Shown: positions 17,953-27,054 of the stretch, in pieces | How the letters are laid out: each line of letters begins with the position of its first letter | How positions within the stretch are numbered: the first letter of the stretch is position 1 | From: a virus | Taxonomy: Duplodnaviria; Caudoviricetes | Virus record (IMG/VR): IMGVR_UViG_3300037504_001591 | Location: 1 to 59,877 of that record | Reading direction: 5' to 3' (one strand) | Length of the DNA: 59,877 nucleotides | Notes under the pieces: generated by a model | Told to the model about the DNA's origin: nothing | What the model saw: the letters and a program-made list of their open reading frames with translations, nothing else | Database searches by the model: none | Made by a program: the position numbers and the translations under genes

Positions 17953-18599
17953 TTTTTATCTCTCCTTTTTATTGAATCCTCAATTTTAAATTCTGCATCA
18001 GGATACCGTAATCTTAGCTTTTCTATATTCTCTTCTTGTATAGTCTTAAATTTAAAATTAAAAATATTACATAATTCGGATAAATACCAAAATAGATCCC
18101 CTATCTCTTCCTTAAGTTTTTTTATATCTAAAGAATGTGATTGAAATAAATGTTTTTTTAATAAATCTATTATTTCTCCCGATTCTCCTACTATCCCAAA
18201 GACACAATTAATTAAGTTTTTATTATAATTATCTTTATTACAATTTGTTATACCTGTTTCTATTTGATAATCAAAATTATATTGTCTTTCATCTTCGATT
18301 TTATCGTAAATCTTTTTAAATAAATATCTCCAAAAAGTAATCTCCGATATAGCTTCAAAAGAATCATCATCTTGAAATATTAAATAGTTACTATTTCCCG
18401 TTTTATTAAAATTTTTTATAAAAATATTTATTGGATAATTTATTAAATATGAATCAACAACTAAATGTATAGTTACTTTTGTTTTATCATAATTGTATTG
18501 TATATTGTTTACATGAATTGTAAAATCACTTGTTTTATCAACAAATGTTTGTAATTCCTGCAAGGTTAGTTTTACACTTTCCTCTAAATTCATCTGCAT
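17949..18599 (-). CDS. MazG-like nucleoside triphosphate pyrophosphohydrolase with N-terminal extension
   Basis: GIVGESGEIIDLLKK...EEIGDLFWY...NIEKLRLRYP. Confidence 0.9.
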   Translation of the reverse strand: MQMNLEESVKLTLQELQTFVDKTSDFTIHVNNIQYNYDKTKVTIHLVVDSYLINYPINIFIKNFNKTGNSNYLIFQDDDSFEAISEITFWRYLFKKIYDKIEDERQYNFDYQIETGITNCNKDNYNKNLINCVFGIVGESGEIIDLLKKHLFQSHSLDIKKLKEEIGDLFWYLSELCNIFNFKFKTIQEENIEKLRLRYPDAEFKIEDSIKRRDKK

Positions 18600-18614
18600 A
18601 CACCCTCTTTATAA

Positions 18615-19487
18615 TTAAAATAATAAGTTTTGATTTATATTTTCAAAATTACTAATTAAGTAATAATCAAACGCCTTTTTTGATTCACCTCTTGATGTTG
18701 TAGAAGTTTCTTTAATGACTTTTATATTACAAAAATTTTCTATCTTTTTATTATAATTATCATATGTAAGTATAAACTTACCTTTAACTTTTTCCAAACA
18801 AGAAAATAACACCATTTCATCTATCTCATCCCAATCTTTTATAGTACCGCCTATATTCAATTTATAAGGTTTATTAGTAACACTCTTTGAATAAGGAGGA
18901 TCAATAAAAAATAATGCATTTTTATTATCCTCAAATAATTCAAATACTTTGCTAAAATTTTTATTTAGTAATGTAATTCCGTTTAAACTTGTTCTAAAAG
19001 AATCTAATGACCTAATTTTATTTTCAAATTCCAAAGCAAAGTTATGTTCTCCGCTTCTATCTATTGCAAACCCACTTTTTGTATGTGTTTGAAAAATACC
19101 TGCAAAACTCATTCTATTATAAACAAAAGTTGCCCATGCCAAAGTAACATCGTTGATTTTAATACCATTAATCAACGCATCTTTGATTAACCTAAAAGCC
19201 TTATCGTGTTCTTCTTCGGAATAAGTAGTATAAGATAGTTTATGTTTTAATTTCTCATAGCTTTCTTTATTTTGACAAACTCTAAAAAGAGTAACTAATC
19301 CTGCATTTAAATCATTATAAAAATAAGTTTTATGAGGGAATAACTCTTTTACAGATAAAGTTACTATACAAGACCCTCCAAACACATCAATAAATAGTTT
19401 AAAATTTGGATATTCATTAACTTTATCTATAATGGTAGTTATCATCTTTGATTTACCACCAAACCATTTAATTATACTATGAGCCAT
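18615..19487 (-). CDS. DNA adenine methyltransferase, D12/Dam-like
   Basis: KWFGGKS, DVFGGS, YNDLN, FIDPPY. Confidence 0.93.
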   Translation of the reverse strand: MAHSIIKWFGGKSKMITTIIDKVNEYPNFKLFIDVFGGSCIVTLSVKELFPHKTYFYNDLNAGLVTLFRVCQNKESYEKLKHKLSYTTYSEEEHDKAFRLIKDALINGIKINDVTLAWATFVYNRMSFAGIFQTHTKSGFAIDRSGEHNFALEFENKIRSLDSFRTSLNGITLLNKNFSKVFELFEDNKNALFFIDPPYSKSVTNKPYKLNIGGTIKDWDEIDEMVLFSCLEKVKGKFILTYDNYNKKIENFCNIKVIKETSTTSRGESKKAFDYYLISNFENINQNLLF

Positions 19488-20118
19488 TACTATAACCTTT
19501 ATTTTCTAGTTTTATTTTTATAATTTCAAGAGCTTTATTTATAATATCTTTTATTTTTCCATTAGTCATTTCATATTTCTTAGCTAAAGCATAATAAGTT
19601 TTATTATCATATAAATAATCTCTTAATATATTAGCTACTTTTGGAAAAAAAGTTTTAATGATTTCATCAACTTCTTTTTTTATTATCTTTTCTTTATCTG
19701 TAATACAAACATCTTTTTTATGTTTTTTTGGATTATCTGTAATAAAGTTTTTAGCATAAAATTTACATTCTTTTCTAATTAAATCAATTGCTTTTCCTCT
19801 TATTCTCACATAAGCATAAGTAATAAACTTATTCCCTTTATTAATGTTAAACTTTTGTAAAGAATCTAACAAACCTGTAAAACAATAAGCATATATTTCA
19901 TCTTTTTCAAGAAAACTATAATTTTTGAATGACTTGAGAATAGAAAAAGCAATTTTATGCAACAAATTTTTGTATTGAATAATAAAATATTCAATGATTA
20001 TCGTATCATAGATTTGGTGCAAAAAATGTATCAATCTATTCTCAAGTATATCTCTGTTTGGTGCTTGTATTTGATATTTATATTCTAATCGAAACCGTAT
20101 AAAATCTATTGTCATCAT
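19477..20118 (-). CDS. RNA polymerase sigma factor, FliA/SigK-like
   Basis: GLLDSLQKFNINKGNKFITYAYVRIRGKAIDLIRK; region 4 KTYYALAKKYEMT. Confidence 0.88.
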   Translation of the reverse strand: MMTIDFIRFRLEYKYQIQAPNRDILENRLIHFLHQIYDTIIIEYFIIQYKNLLHKIAFSILKSFKNYSFLEKDEIYAYCFTGLLDSLQKFNINKGNKFITYAYVRIRGKAIDLIRKECKFYAKNFITDNPKKHKKDVCITDKEKIIKKEVDEIIKTFFPKVANILRDYLYDNKTYYALAKKYEMTNGKIKDIINKALEIIKIKLENKGYSNGS

Positions 20119-20124
20119 ATCATT

Positions 20125-20499
20125 CTAGAAGATTTCTTCTTCATTGTCATTACTACTATCATCGCTTTTTTCCGCCATACTACTTAAGAAAACAACATCA
20201 CTTGAATTCACCATAAAAACATATTTGTTTCTATCTTCTCCATCTTTAGTTTTCCAACGCTCTTGTACCATTTCACCCTTTAAAGCAACTCTATTTCCTT
20301 TATTTAGATAATCAAAAAGTTTAGGTACCTTCTTGCTTATGATTTTTACAACGAAAAAAGATGCTGGTTTGTTATATTTGTTTACTGCTAAAGAAAACTG
20401 ACCTATAACAAACTTTTTATCCCCGCTTTCAATTTCCTCTACTTTAATATCATTTGCAAGTCTACCTGTCATAATTGTTGAATTTAAATCTTGTGCCAT
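20125..20499 (-). CDS. ssb: Single-stranded DNA-binding protein
   Basis: LNSTIMTGRLAND, FSLAVN, KGNRVALKG..ERWKTKDG, acidic EEEIF tail. Confidence 0.95.
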   Translation of the reverse strand: MAQDLNSTIMTGRLANDIKVEEIESGDKKFVIGQFSLAVNKYNKPASFFVVKIISKKVPKLFDYLNKGNRVALKGEMVQERWKTKDGEDRNKYVFMVNSSDVVFLSSMAEKSDDSSNDNEEEIF

Positions 20500-20538
20500 T
20501 TTTAAACTCCTTTAATTGTTATATCGTTTATTTTTAAA

Positions 20539-20799
20539 TCAACTCTTATTTTTATTTTTTTCTAATATTAATTCTTTTAAAAATTCAAGATCTATTATAC
20601 AATTCATTGCTATATATCTATCTATTATAGCTTTAAACCCATCAAAACCTTCATCTATTTCCATCTTAAATTCTTTAAAAAATAATTTGTTATCATTAGT
20701 TTTATCTATTACAAATATTTGTAATAGATAATTATTAACAATAACTTTTTCAACCCTATAATAGATATTTCCATCTTGAGTTCTTTTTATTAAATACAT
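20539..20799 (-). CDS. Hypothetical protein
   Basis: ORF with AAGGAG SD. Confidence 0.65.
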   Translation of the reverse strand: MYLIKRTQDGNIYYRVEKVIVNNYLLQIFVIDKTNDNKLFFKEFKMEIDEGFDGFKAIIDRYIAMNCIIDLEFLKELILEKNKNKS

Positions 20800-20823
20800 C
20801 AGACAATTGCTCCTTATAATCTC

Positions 20824-21567
20824 CTAAAATAATTGATATTGAGATAACTCAACTTCTATTCTTTTATTAGCCATCTCTACAAATTCTGGATTACTTTCCA
20901 TCAATATGTAATTTCTTTTGTTTCTAATACAATCAATTGCAGTAGTTCCAGAACCACCAAACATGTCTAATACTGTATCACCCTCTTTACTATGTCTTTT
21001 TATTAAAGGGTCAATCATCCAATGATATTTTTCATTTGGATGCTTCGTTTCTTTTGGACTTCCTATATTTCCAGTGAAAACATTTACCATCTCTTTTTGA
21101 CTAATAAAATCGATATAATACTTACCTTTACTAAACCAAGCTGCCAACTCAAACCCACTTCTATAATTATTCTTCCTAATATGTGGTAAAGGATTGTTTT
21201 TAACAAAACTTAACATATTCCTAAACTTAAAAGAGGTATAAAAAGGTGTTAAATAATAAGGTCTTCCTCTATCAAAAAATAGTATTATACTTCCATCATC
21301 TTTTAACACCCTTTTACACTCTACAGAAAGTAAGTAAATAAATTGTATATAATCATCTTCTTCCATATTATCATTATATTTATCACCCCATAGCTCTTTA
21401 TTAGTAAAGAAGTTATTACTGTTTTTTCTACATCCTCTAATAGTTATCTTATTATCCTGAGCGATGTTATATGGTAAGTCGTTTATTATTAAATTAATAC
21501 TATTATCTTCTATATCTTTTACTTTTTCAAGGCAATCACCTAAATATACTTTATTTAATTCTAACAT
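20824..21567 (-). CDS. DNA methyltransferase, N6-A/N4-C beta class
   Basis: GDCLE, NDLPYN, HPNEK, DMFGGSGTT. Confidence 0.92.
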   Translation of the reverse strand: MLELNKVYLGDCLEKVKDIEDNSINLIINDLPYNIAQDNKITIRGCRKNSNNFFTNKELWGDKYNDNMEEDDYIQFIYLLSVECKRVLKDDGSIILFFDRGRPYYLTPFYTSFKFRNMLSFVKNNPLPHIRKNNYRSGFELAAWFSKGKYYIDFISQKEMVNVFTGNIGSPKETKHPNEKYHWMIDPLIKRHSKEGDTVLDMFGGSGTTAIDCIRNKRNYILMESNPEFVEMANKRIEVELSQYQLF

Positions 21568-21577
21568 AAGTCGACAA

Positions 21578-22942
21578 TTAACTCCATTTCTCTAATGAAT
21601 CTATTTTTCCTGTTCTTGCATTATATTTCACATATTCACTACCAGCCCCCGAATATCTTCCTTTTGTACTATATAAATATAAAAGGTTGTTAGGATCTAA
21701 TCCATTCTCATTAGCTCTTCTATCTAAACTATCTTTTTGCAAGTGATCATATTGTAAATCATTTCCAGGATAATAAACTCCGATACTAATTGTAGCCTTC
21801 TCACCTGTACCCGATGCATATTTTAAATTATCATGTGATTTTGGTCTATATAAAGAATTATTTGCTTGTTGTATTAATAAAATTAGCATATTTTGAGATA
21901 TAGCAAAAGCATTTAATTCTGTACTTATTCTTGTATATTCATGTTCCCTATATCGAGGATTCACAGCTATATTATTCATATTATCTATTACTACTATATC
22001 CGCATGAAACTTTTTAGCCTCAAGTTGCATATCATTAACACTAATATATGGGTCATCGACTATTTTTATATTAGTTAATGCCTTTAAACTGTTTAAAGTC
22101 TTTTTAAACTTTTCATTCATAGTTTCATCTCTTATGTAATCAATACATTCTTTTCTAAACCATGAACTTCTATTGAAATTACCAACTATACTCACAATTT
22201 GTGAGTATAAATGCTTAGCCGATTGCTCCAAAGCAAAAAAAATTATATTCAATCCCTTAAGAGCCCATTTATAAACCATATTTAAAACAACTGTGCTTTT
22301 ACCCATCCCAGTTCTTCCCCATATTAACGCTAATGTCCCTTTTGTGAATAGGGCAATTCTATCTATCTCTGGTATTCCTGTTTTTAATAAATCTAATTTG
22401 GCTGGATTTTTTTCAAATTCCTCCATATCTTTATATAAACTTTGTGATAAATCCTCAAAGGATTTACCCCTATCTTTTATTACTGTTAGTAATTCACCAT
22501 GTAAATTACTAAGTTCATTAACTTGTTTTAATATATTTCCTGTATCTTCATTTTTACTTGTCATAATACTACGATGTAAATGCTCTACTTTTTTTGATAG
22601 AATTTCTCTAAACTTCCTATGTTTTATTTGATCTAAATAATAATAAAAATTACTCGTTTGAGTTCCTATTGTAGCTATGTAAGCTATATAAGCAGTAATA
22701 TTATGTTTTTCCATCTCTTGTTTATATTTATCTTTCATATAATCAAAAATAGTAGTAATATCAATACTGCTTATATTATTTTGTTTTTGTAATTCTACAA
22801 TACTTTTATATACTAACATAGATTCTATTTTATTAAAATAATTCTCATTAATTTTGTGTAACAATGCTTTATCAATGAAACTATTATCATTAATTAATAA
22901 TCCGATAAAAATATCATCAACATCATTATTTTGTTGTTTCAT
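21578..22942 (-). CDS. dnaB: Replicative DnaB-like helicase
   Basis: DnaB N-domain, Walker A GRTGMGKS, FALEQ, VVIDN, QQAN. Confidence 0.9.
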   Translation of the reverse strand: MKQQNNDVDDIFIGLLINDNSFIDKALLHKINENYFNKIESMLVYKSIVELQKQNNISSIDITTIFDYMKDKYKQEMEKHNITAYIAYIATIGTQTSNFYYYLDQIKHRKFREILSKKVEHLHRSIMTSKNEDTGNILKQVNELSNLHGELLTVIKDRGKSFEDLSQSLYKDMEEFEKNPAKLDLLKTGIPEIDRIALFTKGTLALIWGRTGMGKSTVVLNMVYKWALKGLNIIFFALEQSAKHLYSQIVSIVGNFNRSSWFRKECIDYIRDETMNEKFKKTLNSLKALTNIKIVDDPYISVNDMQLEAKKFHADIVVIDNMNNIAVNPRYREHEYTRISTELNAFAISQNMLILLIQQANNSLYRPKSHDNLKYASGTGEKATISIGVYYPGNDLQYDHLQKDSLDRRANENGLDPNNLLYLYSTKGRYSGAGSEYVKYNARTGKIDSLEKWS

Positions 22943-22971
22943 ACTAATATTAACTCCTTGAGGTGAATTTT

Positions 22972-23418
22972 ATGATGGTAGATTTCAATCTCCTTTGTAG
23001 TAAAGATATATACGCAGAACATAAAGGAATCGAAAGATCCTTACTTAGAAAAGCCTGTAAAACACATCGTATTACTTGTTTGTATATAGATGGTATCTCT
23101 TTTGCATATCTCGATGAGAAAACAAGATACTGTAGTTTTAGAAAATATAAAACAAGTAAAAAAGATAAAGGGGATTTTCTAGAACTCCCCCCCTTTTTTA
23201 TTGATATTGACACTTTAGTACTCCCAGCTACATTAGCTAAAATGAAAAATACAAACTCAATGACTGTATTATATTGGATAAAAAGAAACGTTATTAATTC
23301 CATAACATCGCCTTTAGTTAAATATACTTTTGTTATACTCGATGATAAAGCTATCAATATAGAGATTAATTATAAAAAATCTCGTAAACTAAAAAGAACT
23401 TTTAGATCAGGTGCCTAA
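22972..23418 (+). CDS. Putative DNA-binding protein with two Xis/MerR-like helix-turn-helix units
   Basis: GAGGTG SD; YAEHKGIERSLLRKACKTHRI and LAKMKNTNSMTVLYWIKRNVI repeats. Confidence 0.65.
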   Translation: MMVDFNLLCSKDIYAEHKGIERSLLRKACKTHRITCLYIDGISFAYLDEKTRYCSFRKYKTSKKDKGDFLELPPFFIDIDTLVLPATLAKMKNTNSMTVLYWIKRNVINSITSPLVKYTFVILDDKAINIEINYKKSRKLKRTFRSGA

Positions 23419-24380
23419 AAAGTTGCTTCTTCCTCACCTTTATTTTCTAATTTGTCCATAAGTTCAGCAACTTTATCTAGATGTGTTATATGATCCACTT
23501 CATAAATATTATGAAAACCCTTAGCTTTTAACAAGTCCATAACAGGTTTTTGCATCTCTGCGTTTTTTTGTAATTTTTCTATAATTGATACTTGTGCCTC
23601 TACTATTGGGGATCTTTCATCAACATTAATTTTAGCTAAATTTTCTAACCATTTTTTTAACTTAGATTTAGATTTTGAATCTAACTCATCAACCTTTTCT
23701 TTATTGAAAATGTTTATTAGTATATATTGTGTAATATCGACTAAACTCTCATCAATCTCAATTTTGTTTTTATCATTATCATTAGTTATATCATCTCCAG
23801 ACCCATTCCAATCTGTAGTACCATCAATAATAGGTGAATAAGAAAAAGCATTCATAATAGCTCTCTTTTTAGCCATTCCTTCCACAGATACTTTCATATA
23901 AGAATTATTATTGTTTTCTACAAAACCAACACCCCAGCTCGAAGGCATTATACTATTAATTATAGTATCACCAGGAACTCCCTTTTCTAACCATTTGCTT
24001 ATAAATTCATTATAATTATCCCATGCATTTACACCTGGAGTAGGATATAAATAATTAACTTTTATTTTACAAGTTACTCCATTATTACTATACGTGTAAT
24101 CTTCTTCAGCAGTTTCCCAATAAACATTATTAATTTTTAAAATATGTTTCATCCCATCCCATGTTATATAAGGATTACCTCCTATTAAAACTAGATGGTT
24201 TTCCTCTGGGATAAGATTGTTTTTTAGACAAGTAATTGTAGAAACGGTTGCTTGATATTTATTTAAGTCTAAATAATCATACCCTTTTCCTGTCTTTTTT
24301 CGTACGGGTATTTTGATATTATTAACAACTCGTTTGTACATTGATTTAAACTCATCAGATTGATATAAAGATTTATCCAT
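23415..24380 (-). CDS. Putative ssDNA-annealing recombinase (RecT/Bet-like)
   Basis: GNPYITWDGM and GMAKKRAIMNAF motifs; first gene of replication block. Confidence 0.6.
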   Translation of the reverse strand: MDKSLYQSDEFKSMYKRVVNNIKIPVRKKTGKGYDYLDLNKYQATVSTITCLKNNLIPEENHLVLIGGNPYITWDGMKHILKINNVYWETAEEDYTYSNNGVTCKIKVNYLYPTPGVNAWDNYNEFISKWLEKGVPGDTIINSIMPSSWGVGFVENNNNSYMKVSVEGMAKKRAIMNAFSYSPIIDGTTDWNGSGDDITNDNDKNKIEIDESLVDITQYILINIFNKEKVDELDSKSKSKLKKWLENLAKINVDERSPIVEAQVSIIEKLQKNAEMQKPVMDLLKAKGFHNIYEVDHITHLDKVAELMDKLENKGEEEATF

Positions 24381-24441
24381 GATTTTAACCTCAGAAAAGA
24401 ATTTTAGCTATATATAATGTTTATATATAGACAATATATAT

Positions 24442-24470
24442 ATAATATATAAAAAAATTCTAAAAGTCAA
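24442..24470 (-). promoter_or_regulatory. Sigma70-type promoter of the replication block
   Basis: TTGACT-17-TATTAT followed by (TA)n tract. Confidence 0.6.
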
Positions 24471-24477
24471 GAGGTTT

Positions 24478-25173
24478 TTAAAATTTTATACCAATGCTAA
24501 TTCCAATTCCTAATCCTAAACTATTTCCTAACAAATTTTGGATTTCAACAATTGCCCCTAGTTCTAACCAGCCGATATTAAATAAATATTGAAAACCTAA
24601 ATCAAATTCATTAGTAAATGCTAAAGTAGGTGTTAAAGTAACTATATGATAAGTTTTATTTTTTAGCTTTTCTATAATGTTTGTTAAATAAGCAATTTGT
24701 TTATCATATTCAACTTTTATATCTTCTATATTTTTTAATAAATCATCTCTTTCCTTACTTATTTTCTCAAGTTCTTTGATTTTAGATTCTAACTTTTTAG
24801 TTAATGTTTCAATAACATTCATTAGTTTTTCTATACTTTCCGTTTTTTCAATATTTTCTTGTTGAAGTGTTAAAAGCAATAAAATAACATTATCATCTTC
24901 TACAATATCATTATATTGTAGTAATAATATTATTCTAATTATTTCTTTCCATTGTTCTACTGTTCTTTCATCTTCAGGTATTTCACATAATTTTACAAAC
25001 TTTTCCCACAAATATTGTGCTTCAGTTGATGTTATTTCAAACCCAGACCACGATCCAACTTCACTTTCAAGTATACCTACTTCAATAGCAATATCTTCAG
25101 TAGTTTGTGCTTGTGATATTGAGGATATAAAAATTAATATTATAATTATAATTAATTTTAATAATTTACTCAT
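24478..25173 (-). CDS. Secreted coiled-coil protein with C-terminal outer-membrane beta-strand anchor (candidate spanin partner)
   Basis: Signal peptide ending SQA-Q, long heptad region, amphipathic strands ending GLGIGISIGIKF. Confidence 0.55.
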   Translation of the reverse strand: MSKLLKLIIIIILIFISSISQAQTTEDIAIEVGILESEVGSWSGFEITSTEAQYLWEKFVKLCEIPEDERTVEQWKEIIRIILLLQYNDIVEDDNVILLLLTLQQENIEKTESIEKLMNVIETLTKKLESKIKELEKISKERDDLLKNIEDIKVEYDKQIAYLTNIIEKLKNKTYHIVTLTPTLAFTNEFDLGFQYLFNIGWLELGAIVEIQNLLGNSLGLGIGISIGIKF

Positions 25174-25588
25174 TTAATTCTCCTTTAAATAAATCTATTC
25201 CTAACATTTCTGCTATCTTTTTTAAAAGTTCTTTTCTTTTCTCTAATTCTTTATCAAAATTTTCAAGAGCCTTAGCTATTGTATCATTATTTTCTTTTAT
25301 TACTGTTAATTCTTTATTCATATTTTCCTTTAATTCCTTTAATTCCCTAATATCATTATTTAGTTTTCCTAAAGTTTCATTAGCTCTTTTTTCCAAATTT
25401 TTTATTTTATCCATATTTTGATTAAATTTCTCATCAATTAACTCTTTGTTTTCTTTTACTAATTCTTTTAATAAATTAATATCTTGATTTTTATTATTCC
25501 AAAATAAAAATAAAGCAACTCCAATTATTATAATTATTAATATTAATAAATAAGTAATTATCCTAATTGTTTTTATTTGTTCATTCAT
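25166..25588 (-). CDS. N-terminal TM plus coiled-coil protein (i-spanin-like)
   Basis: One TM helix then ~100 aa heptad repeats; overlaps next gene by 8 bp. Confidence 0.55.
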   Translation of the reverse strand: MNEQIKTIRIITYLLILIIIIIGVALFLFWNNKNQDINLLKELVKENKELIDEKFNQNMDKIKNLEKRANETLGKLNNDIRELKELKENMNKELTVIKENNDTIAKALENFDKELEKRKELLKKIAEMLGIDLFKGELNE

Positions 25589-25608
25589 TGTATACTCCTT
25601 TAATTAAT

Positions 25609-27045
25609 TTAATTACTACTATCATTATCAATTTTTGTGTTAGTTCCTGCCCATTGTGATGAAGTGTTGTTGTTTGTATGAATACAAGACCCATAATCGA
25701 TATTACCCATTCCATTAGTATTAAAATTTGATAATATCCCTGCCAATCGTTCACAATCATAAAAACCATAATTTGTATTTTTATTCGCCCAACAACCACT
25801 AACCTCGTGCGTAGTCCTAAACCCGTGTCTTCCATTATTATTAGAATAACAACCTGTAACCACTCGGCAACTTTGAAATCCATCGTTTGAATTATCATAA
25901 CTCCAACAACCCGTTATCATTCGGCACTCATAAAACCCATTATTATTACCATAACTGAGAGAACTGCTAATAACCCAACTAGTGTGAAAACCAGCGTTTG
26001 TGTTACTCCTTGCCTCACAGGAAGCAAGTCTATAACAGGTAAAAAACCCACACGCACTATTTCCCGAGGCATAACAATTATTCACTTGGATACAACCAGC
26101 AAACCCATCTCCTGCATTTGATACCGCCATGCAGTTTACTAATCGGTTACAATGATCGAAACCTATCGTCGTCCCTGCTATAGCTTCGCAGTTAACACAT
26201 TTATATAGATTATAGAAAGCGTTTCCATAGTTATTAGCGACGACTATGTTTTCTGCTGTTATTGTATCATTTTCCGTAAAATTTAACGCCACTGCAGGTA
26301 CTGTTTGATTATCTTTATTACCATCTATATAAAAATCTTTTATAATAGCATTATCAACAAGTAAATTTCCCCATTGAAGAATACTTGTATTTGTATTAGC
26401 TTTTCTTTTTAAATGAGTGCTATAACCCTGACCTTCTATTGTTATTTTATTATAAACAAGTATAGGGCTTGAGATATTATAAGTACCCTCCATTAATACA
26501 ATTTTACCTTGTATTGAAGTAGTATTATAATTTTTTAAAATATCTATAGCTGCGTTTATCTCAACTTGATCATCTACTCCGTCGCAAACATAATCTGCGG
26601 TTACTTTACTTTTAGTTGTTGAATCACTTGCTGCAACTACTAATGAGGAAGTTCTTATACCTCTAGTTGAGCTTGTTGCTATATTTCCCGTTATTGTCGT
26701 ATCCTCAAAAAAATTAATATTATCACTTGATATTGTAATTAAATAGTTTATTTTAACAAAATTGGGTGTTGTTAAATTATCTATTTCTGTAGATTTCACA
26801 AACATATAATCTACTACAAGTGCATTTTCAAATATTATACATAAATAATAATCACCATCACTCATATTAGAAGGTTTATTTATGTATAATATATTCTCAG
26901 TTCTCCACTTCCACTCTATATCATATTTTGATGAATTATTTTTATAAATACCTAAACAAAATTCTTGATAGTTATAATTACTATGTTTTACTGGATGTAA
27001 TTCTATTTTTCTACCATTCACATAAACTAATTTAGTTACTACCAT
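25609..27045 (-). CDS. Tail fibre/spike with pectate-lyase-like parallel beta-helix
   Basis: VVAASDS...ADYVCDGVDDQVEINAAI, LMEGTYNI, IEGQG..T.L, IDGNK, Cys/Asn beta-helix repeats. Confidence 0.85.
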   Translation of the reverse strand: MVVTKLVYVNGRKIELHPVKHSNYNYQEFCLGIYKNNSSKYDIEWKWRTENILYINKPSNMSDGDYYLCIIFENALVVDYMFVKSTEIDNLTTPNFVKINYLITISSDNINFFEDTTITGNIATSSTRGIRTSSLVVAASDSTTKSKVTADYVCDGVDDQVEINAAIDILKNYNTTSIQGKIVLMEGTYNISSPILVYNKITIEGQGYSTHLKRKANTNTSILQWGNLLVDNAIIKDFYIDGNKDNQTVPAVALNFTENDTITAENIVVANNYGNAFYNLYKCVNCEAIAGTTIGFDHCNRLVNCMAVSNAGDGFAGCIQVNNCYASGNSACGFFTCYRLASCEARSNTNAGFHTSWVISSSLSYGNNNGFYECRMITGCWSYDNSNDGFQSCRVVTGCYSNNNGRHGFRTTHEVSGCWANKNTNYGFYDCERLAGILSNFNTNGMGNIDYGSCIHTNNNTSSQWAGTNTKIDNDSSN

Positions 27046-27054
27046 TTTAACTCC

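Noticed and set aside
22950-23357. Minus-strand 135-aa ORF
   Set aside because: Antisense shadow with atypical composition; the plus-strand ORF has an SD and HTH-like repeats
22943-23440. Invertible segment explaining the flipped gene
   Set aside because: Only a 6-bp inverted match at the flanks and no invertase gene
25581-25898. 105-aa overlapping ORF or frameshifted tail-fibre C-terminus
   Set aside because: No SD or slippery site seen; explained by the repeat-rich main frame
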